Source of the DNA: Amoebidium appalachense
Taxonomy: Eukaryota; Protista; Ichthyosporea
Reading direction: 5' to 3'
DNA length: 64,000 bases
Assembly (NCBI GenBank): GCA_963693365.1
Contig: CAVNZM010000005.1
Coordinates: 4,781,167 to 4,845,166, forward strand
Notes under the pieces: model-generated
The model's input: the letters and a program-made list of their open reading frames with translations, nothing else
What the model was told of the DNA's origin: nothing
Database searches by the model: none
Part shown: positions 25,590-37,690 of the stretch, piece by piece
How the letters are laid out: every line of letters begins with the position of its first letter
How positions within the stretch are numbered: the first letter of the stretch is position 1
Made by a program: the position numbers and the translations under genes

Positions 25590-26369
25590 TGTTATGTCTC
25601 CGCGGCGAGCATTCGTGTCAATCGATCGATTCAGATCTATTCAGATCTATTTGCTTTATTTACAATTCGTCGGTGCCGGCTCATCCAGTCAGATGTCGGC
25701 GTTAGCTGATGAATGAGCCAATCATATTTAATGTTATATCTGCTTTTCCAATCGGATGATCAAATACAATTACATATGTTCGGTTACTTGGAAACGAACT
25801 ACAGTGAGACTCGCGTGAGTGGACACTTATGGCCTCTTCTGTGTTGATTGGAACACGTAAATGCTGCGGCCATAGAGAACGAATAACTAACAAGCAGGTT
25901 GTGAGTGATTGGGGAGTCTCATATTCGACCAGTCATGTTGAGGGCATCCCGGTAAAGTCCAGCTGCAATGAGTGGTCGTTGTAAACCTGCAGTTACACAT
26001 GTGAGAGAGACAGCACTCCGAAAGGTAACTGGTAACCAAAGTCACAAACAGGAAAAGTACTGGTACCTGTTTATTTGGAGTATATTTCGGGGCTGTGTAA
26101 GTCATAAGTCATGCAGCAGTAAAGATTATATATGAGTGTTAGAACCGGCAAGAGACCAAGTAGTCACACACAGTAATTACTAGCCCTGTACTAATCTGTA
26201 ATATGATTGGTCGGCTAGGGAGTTGTGTAATTGGTCAAGTAATCTTGTCCGGGTCGACCATCCGTATATAAACGCACGCATCGATCCTCTGAAATCCAGT
26301 TCAGAGTGAACCCCGTTTACACTCATACACATACATTTTACACTGAAGTGTCCGTGAGGATACTTTACA
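25590..26369 (+). repeat. 3' LTR of nested element
   Basis: 780 bp; differs from the 5' LTR by 2 substitutions and a 3-bp indel seen by eye. Confidence 0.95.
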
Positions 26370-26374
26370 ACTAG

Positions 26375-29300
26375 TTAGGAGGGTTAACACATCCTTAACC
26401 AGCTGCGCAGAAATATTCGACCCATTATCCGACAGCACAAACTCGGGTGGTCCGTGTCGCGCGAAAACATAGTCGTGGAAAGCATTAGCGATATCCTCTG
26501 CGGTGGGTGGATGATCGAACAGCACCAACTCAGCCCACCGTGTGAACATGTCTATGAACACAAGGATATACTGCTTACCGCTCTTCGCTGGTGGCAAGAC
26601 GGTCACATCCATGGCCACATACTGAAAGGGGTACTGCGGTGCGAAACCGCGCTGCACGGGCAAGCGGCCCTGCAAGCGTGGCGTTTTGCGCCGCTGGCAC
26701 CTATCGCACGAATTCACATACCGCACGACCTGATGCCACATCCCCGGCCACCAAAACGAAGACCAAATGCGATGAAACGTGCGCTGGGCATCAAGATGCC
26801 CGGCTGTGGGGGCATCGTGGCAAGCCGCAAGAATCTGTGCCCTTAAAGACTCGGGGACCCAGACCTGTGGCAGCAGCGTAGGGCGACGAGTCGCACGCTG
26901 CTCCGGTGTCCACACATACACCACCCCCTTATAAACCGTGCATCTGCTTGCCTCTAAAGGAACACTTCCATCCACCTGTGCCGGCGCGGTGGGGTTGCTG
27001 AGGTAATCACGAATACTGCACAAAAACGGATCTGCATTTTGCGCCGCCTTAATTTCCTCCACAGTAGGCGGCATACCCGGCAACTGTGGGATAGTAAGCG
27101 CGCGTAACTCGCGGGAAGTATTCACCTTCAACCCATGGGTATGATCACGTGCAGCATCAGAGATATGCTCAGCCAGAGGGGGGTGGGGGTGGGGTCTGCA
27201 GTGGCATGCGCACCCTCCCCTGGTCCACCCTTAACCCCTGACGTGCGCTTGCGCTTCTGCGTGCGCGCCGCTGACGCGGGTTTGTGGGTGGGTGCATCAG
27301 CACCACCGTCCGTACGTGCCCGCCCACGCGTCACCACGAGCGCAGGAAACACAACGGTGTCTGGCACAAAATCACTGTGGTCATCTCTGTGCACACACCC
27401 AATCAGCGAAGGAAAAGTCAGATCCGGATCATCTTCGCTGGGCACCAAATTCGCGCTGGAAGGCCGTGAAATGCCGTCTGCATTGCTGTGGTCCTTCCCG
27501 GCACGATGGTGGATGTCATAGGTGTATGCAGACAGGGCCATCTGCCAGCCAGCAACAATGGGCTCGGGGGCATCCCCATTACCATATATGGAAGTCGGCG
27601 AAGAATGGTCTGTGCGCAGAATAAATGGCTTCCCGTAGGTATACTGATGAAAGGCTTTGCACACAGCCCAATAGATGCCCAAACCCTCTCTCTTGGTGGC
27701 GGAATAATTGCGCTCGCTCTTACTGAGCGTGCGGGAGGCATAAGCAACGGGGTGCTCCTGCCCGTCATCTCCCACCTGCGACAGCACCGCACCAAGCGCC
27801 ACATTGCTAGCATCGGAGTCCACAATGAAAGGCTTGTCGAAGTTTGGATGAGCCAACACGGGGGCATGTGTGAGAGCATGCTTTAGGGCATCAAATGCAC
27901 GTTGCTGCTCCTCACCCCACACAAAACAGGCATTTTTGCGCGTATTCGCACGTGTGCGCGAATTATTCGCTGGAATATTCGCATGAATATTCTCGCCCGG
28001 TGCGCTCACCACAACCTCTGATTCGGCTTGCCCAATAACCTCTGTGCTTTCATCTGCTGCAGCAGTACGGGCTTGCCTAGCCTTCTCCTTGGCCGTGCCA
28101 TTCCGCTTCCGTCGCGCACTAGATGTGGGGGGCTCATTCCCGTGAATCTTTTTGCGCAACTGCTTATCCTGTGGGCTATCACCCAACATGCGCGTTAGCG
28201 GCTCGGCCAGGTCACTCATATTCGGAACAAACCTTCTGTAATACGAAAACAGACCCAAATCACTCCTAATGATTCGGACACAGAAGTGGGTGCCTGCTTA
28301 TCGCGTATCACAGCGATTTTCCCGTCATCAACCTTAATACCATCTCTGCCCACACGATGGCCTAAATACGCCACCTCTGTCCGGAAAAAGTGGCACTTGG
28401 ACCCCTTTAGCTTTAGACCAGCCGCGGACAGCCGCCTGAAAACTTCTTCTAAGAGGGTTAAGTGACTTTCAAATCCGGGGTGAACAGAAGAAGGTCATCG
28501 ATATACACAAGCAAATGAACCCACAGCATGCCCGCGAATACGGTATTCATGGCGCGGCTGAATACAGACGGCATATTCGTAACCCCAAAGGGTGCGCGAC
28601 AAAACTGATAGTGACCCCACGGCGTAGTAAAGGCTAACTTAGGCCGTGTTTCTGGATCCACCTCAATTTGGTGATAGCCGCCATAGAGGTCAAACACACT
28701 GAACCAGCGCGCCCCACGCAACACATCGAGAGAAGTGTCTATGCGGGGTAGGGGGTAGCCATCCCTCACAGTGCATGAATTTATTTTCCGAAAATCCAGG
28801 CACACTCTTACGCTCCCATCCTTTTTACGCACTAAGACCATGGGTGCAGAGTAGGGAGAGGTGGACGGCTCAATGACCCCCCCAGCCAACCATACTTGAA
28901 GTTGCTTCCACACTTGATCCCGGATATGGTGTGGAATTTTGTATGGAGGCCGATACTGTGGTTCATTTGTGGTTAACTCTATCTTCAGCGTTGCCACATT
29001 GGACTTGCCATAGTCATGCTCGTGTGCAGAAAACACGTGCTTCCATCTGCTATGCAACCTCCGAATGCGCTTAGCGAATCTCTTGCTCTCCGCAGGTGTC
29101 AGATCAGGAAGGGGGATAGTCTCTGGGTCCTCCACGCCCGGTGGTAATTCATCCTCGGTGCCCCCTGAGTCGGCATCAGATGCAGAGGCTGTGGGCACGT
29201 GGCTCACCCCTGCTGCAATCTGATTGGCTCCTGGTGCGCCCGGCTGACTACCACCAGACTGACCTCGTGCATGGCGGGCCCCTGCACACTGCACATCAGT

Positions 29301-31001
29301 CTCTTCCCCTGGGCCAGATGCTTCAGTATCCCCGGCAGATACTCCCTCACACTGCCCCTGAGTGTCCTCCCTTATATGCCACGGCCCAACTCCTCCCTCA
29401 GAGGATGAAGCGGCCGGCCCGAAGGTACCCTCAGCCAATGAGAACTCGAGATTCCGATCGGAATGCACATGTTCGTTTTGAGGAGAGGAAACCTGCCCCT
29501 GCCCGGTACCTGCAACATTACTAGTGCTGGTAGGGGCTGGAGCACCAGGCGCCTGCGACCCTGGGTGCCTGGCCCTAGCTGCAAAAGCAAGTCGGCCTCT
29601 GGCCTTCTTCTTTGACAGCCACGGCTGCACAGTCTCCGTGCGCGCGCGCCCCTGCCTGTACACACGTGCAGGCACACTAGCGTGTACGCGGCCACCCTCA
29701 CCAATAATAATGTTGTCCCCAGTAGCCCCAGTGGTCCCTGATCCCCCCACTGTGGCTCCACCCGTCGGAGGTTTGTCTGCAGCCGCCGGCGCAGCAGCAG
29801 CAAACACTTGTCCACCAACAGAGCCTGACGGTGAGTCTGACCCAACGGCCTCCACACCAGTCTTCTCTGCAGCTGGGGACCCGGACACATCGACCAACAC
29901 AGTGAGCGTATCACCCTCAACCAATGGCTCTAGTGCTGCCACCTGGGTACCAGGCTTCAAATACACATGCTTTTCAGTCAGATTTGTTAACAGCACCTTG
30001 CAGCCGAGGCTGCCATTTACAGACAAGAGTGATTGCACACTATGGGCAGGGTGGAAGGGAATATCGGTGTTAGAGGTGGGTCTGGGTACGACAACACCCG
30101 TCACACCAGCCTCCAAACCTTCCCCCCCATCCTTCATCGAGCACAAAGCCACATTCGACCTGAAAGGAGGGAGATGCACGCCGGCGGTGGTGATAAGTGT
30201 TGCCACCTCACCACCCCGCACCCCCGCCCCAAGCCACCAAACAGGCATATAGCACTCTGCCTGGCCGTGGGCAGGCCTGAGCAACAAGTGCTTATACAAC
30301 AGGTCAATCTGTGCATCGAAACCCAACAAGAAATCCATGCCTAGCAAGGCTGCATAGGGGAGGCCACGCAAAATATGAAAGTTTTGCACATGGCTCCATT
30401 CTGTGTTGGGCACCTGCAGGTGCAAACCCACACGGCCTGCACATGGCAAGGTGTCCCCGCTAGCACCAACAGCACTAAAGTTGTGAACCGGCGAAATGCG
30501 CTTCCGCGTAGCAAATGGTAATTTCAGCGCAAAATCATATTGCAAGCATGAATGGCTAGCACCGGTATCCACAACCACCGTAACTAGGTGCCCATGCAAC
30601 CTCACAGTGGCAAGCAAACAAGAGGTAGAGCCCTTAGCAGACACTTTGCACACAGATGGTTCTTTGGGGGTGGGATGCACGCGCCCCGCCAGCCCCGCCA
30701 ACCCCTCTGCCCGTGCCTGCTTCAAATCCGCAAAATCCTGAACCGACATAACACCCTCCTTCCCGGGTGCACCCTCCCCCTCCCCAACACCTGTGGGGGT
30801 GGTTGCACCTAGGGTGGACGGGATCACAATATGGGTGGGGGCAAAAGACACAGTTTTTCGACTGATTGCTTTATTTCCCTTGCAATTTCCCGCCAGGGGA
30901 GAAGGGTCGTGCACAAAATTCTCGTTAACCACTTCACTACTTTGTACACTATCCTCTCCGATGTGCAAAAATGCGCTACGCACATCAACTACCCCCGGCA
31001 C
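26375..31001 (-). pseudogene. pol: Outer element pol (PR, RT, RNase H, integrase N-half), frameshifted
   Basis: ORF pieces 28458-31001 (VVDTGASHS; YIDD), 27128-28258 (RNase H DSDAS...KREG...TDH) and 26375-27131 (HHCC, AMDV, LSDNG). Frame breaks near 28460, 28270 and 27130-27170. Confidence 0.9.
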
Positions 31002-31009
31002 CGCGCCTT

Positions 31010-32399
31010 TTACCCCCGCGAGTTCCTATTTGCGGTGTGAATGCTTCTTCTTGTCTGGGTCACGGCCCTGCTGATGCTTGCCGTTACACCCTTGGGCTCT
31101 CCCTTGCACAACCGGGAATCGGAATAGTGGCCTACTTTCTTGCAAACGTTGCAGCGGCGATTAGCAGCAGGGCATTCCGCATCACCTTTGCGATGTCCCG
31201 GCTTCCCGCAGCCGTAGCAAACGACACTGCTGCCCGATGCACCGTATCTGGGCTTCTGTGGGGGAGTTTTCCACGGATTTTTAGTCAAACCGGACCCCAC
31301 CAGAGCAATAAACGACGGCACATCCAAGCCCAATGCTGCTGCCTGCTCCTGCACAGCCACCATAGCCGACTGCTGCACATTAAACACACCGGCTGTACCC
31401 TTTGTGTGTTTCTGTGTGCTTTTGCGGTCGCGCTCTTTTTCCGATAAGTGAACGAGTGCATCCTGGATAGTTAGGCACTTTTTCGCACGCCTCTGCTTCA
31501 CCGCCCATTTTTGGTAATCACTAAATGCGGCAGCGTTCAACTTGTGCGAAAAATCAATCAAACGCGCTCCATCCGTGCCATGTGGATACACTCGCGCCCA
31601 CAAGCTAGCGTGCTGTGTATAGAATTCCGAAACCTCCATGTTTCCCTGCTTCAACTCGTCCAGCTTGCCCTGCCATTTTTCCAAAACGTGCTCACCATGG
31701 AACTCCTTAACCACTTCTTGCGCAAAAGCTTCGAACGTGGCATTAGGGTGCGTGCGGCAAAATTTGGAAAACCAATTGCGTGCGGGGCTTGCAGGAGGAA
31801 AGCACGAGACAACTAAAGGCACAGCATCATGCACAGGCACACCAGCCACCCTGAAAAACAAGCTTGCAAGCTCAGAGAGCCACTCAACAACCGTGCGTGT
31901 ATCACTCATATCACCCTTAAACTGGGGCACCTTATCTGCAGTGATCAGAGGCGCATAGTGGCGAGAGGGGTGCACAACCAACGGTTTACGGTTTACGGTT
32001 CACAGGTGACTGGGGTTCGTAATCTGAGTCACCACCCTCGTCACTCTCAGACCCCGAGCTCTCACTAGACCCATTCTGCTCCCACTCAGAATCATCAGAC
32101 TCAGGCTCAACATGGAAAGCAGCAACATTAATAGGCCTAGTGCCCCGAAGTGTCCTGCGCCCACGCAACTGAGTAGCAGGCATAACACGACGGCCAGGTG
32201 TGTGTATGCCACGTGTCTCTGTATCGTCACCCAGCCCAGACATGGGCGGAGCCATACACACACGGGAATCATCAGCACACTCACCAGAATCATAAGGGGA
32301 ACTCTCCCGACCGCCCTCAGGCGTGGCCGAACGCCGGCCAGGCTCACGGCTGCGACTGCGGGAACGGCGCCCGCCTCTCTCAGCCCCAGTGCCAGCCAT
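31010..32399 (-). pseudogene. gag: Outer element gag with two zinc knuckles, disrupted by a 7-nt duplication
   Basis: ATG at 32399 (MAGTGAERGG...); knuckles CYGCGKPGHRKGDAEC and CNVCKKVGHYSDSRLC. Removing one ACGGTTT unit at about 31981-31995 fuses ORFs 31986-32447 and 31010-31981. Confidence 0.8.
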
Positions 32400-32824
32400 C
32401 TCAGCTGCACGTTCTTGCCACCACAGTGGCTCACACCAACGTGTCAAAAGGGTTCCCTACTGGTCGTGCCCACGGCCCCAACACAGCAGCCTACCCTCCC
32501 AGTGGTCACTGTCACACAGTACCACCGGTTGCACTTGCAAAGCACAGTGCAAGCAGCTCCAGCTACGCTGGCAGCCACCCACGTTCACGGTGAAAGTCGG
32601 AACTTCGCGGTAGCACGCCGGATACCAAGTTGATGGCGCAAACACCCAAATGTGGCCAACAAATTTTAGGTATCCAATCACAGGAACACAGCGCGAATCC
32701 CAACCAATCACAAAGTTGTAACTAGGAGAAATTTCCGGACTGTTTACCGTAAAGAATGTGCAAAATCGCTTGATTGTGATCACCCGAAAGTCTAAAAACG
32801 CTAATGCCAACGCTCTAGACCTTC

Positions 32825-32842
32825 GACTGCCTGCGGTCGCCA
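32825..32842 (-). promoter_or_regulatory. Primer-binding site of outer element (tRNA ending ...TCGCCA, Ser-like)
   Basis: The minus strand reads TGGCGACCGCAGGCAG one nt after the 5' LTR CA. A G discriminator is consistent with tRNA-Ser (inference). Confidence 0.7.
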
Positions 32843-32843
32843 G

Positions 32844-33483
32844 TGAAAACCAGGGTGTGTATACACTAATACTATGCCCTAGTTAACATATGCAGGCTAG
32901 GAGAAGCACGTAAGTATAGAGGCAAGAAAGCGGGTGCTACAGCTAGTCTGACACCGCACGACTAGTGTAACGTTTACTCGGACACACAGCCCCGCCCAAG
33001 TGACCCAAGTCTGGAATGTACCAGCCTTTTATAGTCCCTTGGTTTCCGCCGGTCCGGAGAGCACTGCTCGCATACTTTTGTAAGGCGACAGCCAATAGGC
33101 ATGTGGCCCTACTTAAAATAAAGTACATGACATATACATGAGTACATGAGCTTCTCCTGGGTGATCATAATCTAGCTTCAAGTTATACTACAGTGCTACA
33201 TGTGTATGTCTAGTGCCCAATAAAGTGTCTACGGCACACAGTGTGTGCCGTACACCTAAGATACATGCTGGCAAAGTGTTCACGTTCTTTGCATCGCTCC
33301 TAACTGCATACTTAATGTGCAGAGTAACTGCCCTAATAAGGAATACAGCTAAAAGTGATGCAGCCGATTGGTAGCTGCTTCCGAGGCTCTATTCCAGCCT
33401 CTGGCGAGAAGACACAAAGGCACGTAGACTGGTTGTGGGGGAACAGCACGGTGTGCACGTGAATGTACACAACCATGTCTACA
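32844..33483 (-). repeat. 5' LTR of outer element
   Basis: 640-bp repeat of 16901-17540, adjacent to the PBS. Confidence 0.95.
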
Positions 33484-34074
33484 CTACCAATCGGGCTACA
33501 GTCTGTCCGATTGCCGCGCATATTGCGTCAAAACATAGGCTGCACCGCATTTTCGTGGGCCCAATTGCCCACTACTGCGGACATGTGCTACATTTTCAAG
33601 TCGTGCAGAGCAAATGAGACCGTGGCTGCACCCGGTGTGGGCTATTCTGCTTACACCCTCCTTGCTATGCCTAGCCCCCCAACCCCCCCCCACCCCCCCC
33701 CCTCCCCACCCCCCACCCCTCCCCCCAGATTGAGAGTTGTTGATGCTCTTGTTTGCACCGTTTTTGAAATTCTTTTACGTGTATGTGTTCTTTTCTATAG
33801 TATAATATGATGGCTTGTTTTTATTCTTTTGTGGGGTGGGGGTGGGGGGGGGGGAGGGGGGGGAGGGGGGGGGGGGGAGGGGCTGGGGGGGAAGGGGAAA
33901 AAAGAAGGGGTGGGCCGTGCCACTTGTATGTAGACAGCCCTTTTCAACCCCCCCCCCCCCCCCCCCCTCCGGGTGAGCCACTTTTTTGCTTTTCTCTCCC
34001 TGCCGGCTATATGTTGCATGCAAGCACTGATGTGCCCTTTCTCCCCACTGCCTTTTCTCTCTTCCACTTTATGC

Positions 34075-34132
<58 letters not shown>

Positions 34133-34209
34133 TACCTTTCTCCCCCCTCCCCCCCCCCCCCCCACACACACACACACACCGGTCCCCCCTTTACCCCTCC
34201 CCCCTCCGC

Positions 34210-34249
<40 letters not shown>

Positions 34250-34397
34250 CACCTTCCACACACACGCACACACAGACTATTGCGCCTCGGGTCTTCACCA
34301 GTGTGCCGCCAACCAACACTGTGTGAACAGACACGGTCTGCCGGGTGCATACGAGTGTGTGTGGAAGGACACACCAGAAACTCAAGCACATGCATGG
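33484..34397 (+). pseudogene. Decayed continuation of the EGF/PAN gene downstream of the LTR element
   Basis: 33484-33664 completes the split PAN exon (QSGYSLSDCRAYC / RQNIGCTAFSW...MCYIFKSC...YTLL) with a 1-nt frameshift, and its donor reads ctatgc instead of gtatgc. EGF exon 34276-34397 (DYCASGLHQC...YEC) has a 1-nt frameshift before the NSSTC motif. Confidence 0.75.
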
Positions 34398-34862
34398 GTA
34401 CGTCTAGTTTTCTCTCCCACTAAAATCTCCTCTCTCGTTACCATTTAATTAGATATCCATTGGAGGGAACACACACATGCATGCGCATGCATATATTCAC
34501 ACACACAAACATAGACACACATGCGCGCGCACGCGCACAAACACACGCACACTCGACGGTCCACCGGTCTGGCCGCCCCCTAGAAGCCATCACCCCAGAC
34601 CACGTCAAGCAGCACCACCAATTTGTTATCATCCGGCCGCAAGACATGACGTCATGAACAGCACCGGCCCTCTGACGTCGACGGCGCGCCGCTTGGGCAT
34701 CCCACCCCAACGTTCAAGTGGGAGACCAATCCGAGTCACCCGCCACGGTTCGGGTCAGCGTCCTAGGCATGGGGTCTTCCCCTTTCAAGTCTTTATGTTT
34801 GTGTGTGTGTCCCGGGTCGCTCCCGGCTGGTGTTGTTAAAGTGAGCACAGAGCTGTGCTCAC

Positions 34863-35056
34863 TTCCCCACTAGCGTTGCTGCGGCTAGAACCGTGGGATA
34901 AGGCGTAACTAAAAATAGTGCCAGTTGGGGGTCAATTAGAATCCTGACTTATGAGTGTGCTATACAGTACGATCTGTGTCTAGGCGGAAGACGGTACGCT
35001 CCCCTGAGGCAGTGCCTCGCCGGGAGTGAAACGGGATAAAATAAATAAAATAAAAA
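34863..35056 (+). ncRNA. Unassigned structured element, copy B, followed by an (AAAT)-type A-rich tail
   Basis: Same motif order as 3322-3510. Stems ATAGTGC/GTGCTAT, CGCTCCC/GGGAGTG and GAGGCA/TGCCTC, then ATAAAATAAATAAAATAAAAA. Confidence 0.4.
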
Positions 35057-35401
35057 CCCGAAGGCTTTCAGACATGAGCCGCGGTGGGGTGTTTAGGTGA
35101 TCCGTGCTGTCTGCCGGCATGGAAAACCGAAAATGATTACCGAAAATGTAGGTAAGCTTAATTCAAGTTTCTTCGATTACTTAAACTATAACTAGTTTTA
35201 TTCAAGTTTCTTCGAAGGACTCGTTGATATTCAGAAGTCACTGAGGCTAAAGGAAACCGGCCGTGTACATGTGTGTGTGTGTGTGTGGGGGGGGGGGGGG
35301 GTTGTATGCGTGTGTGTGCGTGTGTATGTGTGTGTGCGCGTGTGTGCGTGCGTGTGTGTGTGCGTGCGTGTATGTGTGTGTGCACGCACGCACGCGCGCT
35401 T

Positions 35402-35432
<31 letters not shown>

Positions 35433-36039
35433 GGGGGGGGGAAGGGAATATATTGATTTTGGTCACCCGTGCTGATGATACTATTCGAACTAGAGCATCA
35501 GGCATCATACGCCTTCAGGTGTTTACAAGAAGCTCTGCATGAAACAAATTGGACAGTTTGCTTTGCCAGAGTCATAAATAGTCGGATGAGAAGAGTTATC
35601 TGGTGTTTGTGTGTGTGAGTAAGAGAAAGACTTTCTGTGCATTTGCATGCGAGTCGAATACCTGACAGCCGCGCGCCCCATATTATTATTATCCCAAAGT
35701 TGTGTGTGCATGTGTGTGTGCATGTGTGTGTGCTCCTCTTTGTGTACGCACGATGTCAGGTTGTGAGAAGGGAGAAAATAGGAAAATGCTATACTCGTAG
35801 TTAAGTTTATTGCTTTTTTTTGGTGTGCTATAGTGCGGTTTTACACGTCGTGGTAGGGGTTCGGGAACCTTGGTTGGCCGTGATTGGTTAATTTTCGTTG
35901 AGTCTCCGACCCAGGCGGCCAGGCCTCGGGTAAATATACCCAGTTCATGGGCCTCCTCGGTTTAGGGTAGCTTTTGGGTGACACCCAAATGTTTCTGGCA
36001 TAATTGTATTCGAATACGGTGGTGGTGTATTATGCAACC

Positions 36040-36427
36040 TGTGTCTGGTTAGGAAGTGTGCGTGCAGTGTGTGCGTGCACGTATGCCCGCGTACGTGTGT
36101 GCATGTGCCACGTGACTGTGTGCGTGCGCGCGCGCGTGTGTGTGTGGGTGGTTTTCTGTGTGTGTGTGGGTCTAGATGCGGTCATAGTGTATGTGTGTGT
36201 TTGTGTGTGTGTGTGTCTCTCTGTGTGTGTAGTGTGTACCGACGTTCCTGTGTGTGTGTATGCCATATGATATGTGTGTCTGTGTGTGTACGTATGCGTG
36301 TGTATGTTACACGGTGTGCTTGTGTGTACAATGTCACAAACAGTAACCGTCGCAGTGTGTGTGTGTGTTGTGTGTGACGGGGTGAGTGAGTTTGTGTGTG
36401 TTATGTGTGCGTGTGTGTTTGCACACG

Positions 36428-36489
<62 letters not shown>

Positions 36490-36531
36490 CTGGTGTCACG
36501 TGTATGTGTGTGTGTCTGTGTGTGTGTGTGT

Positions 36532-36586
<55 letters not shown>

Positions 36587-36687
36587 ACAGTGTGTGTGTG
36601 GATGTGTGTGTGTGGATGTGTGTGTGTGTGTGTTTGTGTGTGTGTGCACGCACGTGTGTGTGTCATAGCAAAGATTGTGTGAGTTTG

Positions 36688-36722
<35 letters not shown>

Positions 36723-36723
36723 A

Positions 36724-36754
<31 letters not shown>

Positions 36755-36850
36755 GCGTGTGAATGAGTGTGTATGTGTGGCTGTGCTACCACACACGGTG
36801 GTTATGTGTGTGTTGACACACTGTGTCACAAAGTTTTGTGTGTGCACCTA
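36040..36850. repeat. Representative long degenerate (TG)n microsatellite field; similar fields at 8050-8250, 9300-10550, 11830-12190, 15290-15540, 52620-52880 and 58815-59220
   Basis: Direct inspection. Confidence 0.9.
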
Positions 36851-37180
36851 ACATGTGCTTCACAATTGTGTGAAAGACAAAACAAGGTAATGTTGACAAT
36901 ATTTGTAATGCTGTAAGCAGTACTTGGGCCAAATGCAGCACATTCGCATTCAAAAATTTAAAACTAATTAATGGCTCCTGGGTTCGACCGCTACCCAAAA
37001 AAGTCAAAACAACACAACAATCAATACGCAGCAGGGGTTATACTGTGCACGTGGTGGGTCTGACATTCTAGTATATGGTGTAACGAGCGGGTGAATTATG
37101 CTGTTCGGCGGAGCGACGGGAGCGGGAGGGGGAGGGGGGGAGGGATGGAGGGAGGGTGTGGAGGGGGGAGGGAGGGGAGG

Positions 37181-37333
37181 GCGTTACACCGAACCGGGGG
37201 GGGGGGGGGGGGGCTAACGCCGTAAGGGGGGGGGGGGGGGGGGGGGGGGATGGAGGGGGGGAGGGGGAGGGGGGGGAGGGCTGTGATGGTGTAACGGGGG
37301 GGAGGGGGGGAGGGGGGGGGGCTAACGCCGTAA

Positions 37334-37367
<34 letters not shown>

Positions 37368-37690
37368 CGTTACGCCGTAACGGGGGGGGGGGGGGGGGGG
37401 GGGATTGGGGGTGGGGGCGAGGGGGGGGGCGTTACGCCGTAACCGGGGGAGGGGGGGGGGGGGGGGGGGGGAAGGGGGGGGGGAGGGGGGGGGGGGCGTT
37501 ACGCCGTAACGGGGGGGGGGGGGGGGGGGGGGGGAGGGGGGGGCGGGGAGGGGGGGGGGGAGGGGGCAGCGTTACGCCGTAACGGGGGGGGGGGGGGGGG
37601 GGGCAATGGATTGGGGGGAGGGGGGGGGGGGGGGAGGGCGTTACCCCGTAAGGGGGGGGGGGGGGGGGGGGGGGGTTACGCCGTAACGAG
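37181..37690. repeat. Array of about 9-10 GCGTTACGCCGTAACG hairpin motifs separated by G tracts
   Basis: Motif copies at about 37181, 37213, 37321, 37367, 37429, 37496, 37569, 37638 and 37675; variants at about 38691 and 38739. Confidence 0.8.

Larger units (their letters stand above)
18526..26369 (+). mobile_element. Nested Ty3/gypsy chromodomain LTR retrotransposon, near-intact
   Basis: LTRs 18526-19302 and 25590-26369 (TG...CA); 5-bp TSD ACTAG (18521-18525 / 26370-26374) inside the outer integrase; PPT GAGGGGGGGA before 25590. Confidence 0.95.
16901..33483 (-). mobile_element. Outer Ty3/gypsy chromodomain LTR retrotransposon (defective; carries a nested element)
   Basis: 640-bp TG...CA LTRs at 16901-17540 and 32844-33483; 4-bp TSD CTAC (16897-16900 / 33484-33487); PBS next to the right LTR and PPT next to the left LTR; gag-PR-RT-RH-IN-chromo order on the minus strand. 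Confidence 0.95.

Noticed and set aside
34985-35035. Hammerhead ribozyme reading of CGGAAGA...GAAAC
   Set aside because: The core deviates from CUGANGA, stem II does not close at the core, copy A has AAAAC instead of GAAAC, and no stem III/NUH partner was found.
37181-37690. CRISPR-like repeat-spacer appearance
   Set aside because: The repeat is only 16 bp, the spacers are poly-G of variable length, there are no cas genes and the context is eukaryotic.
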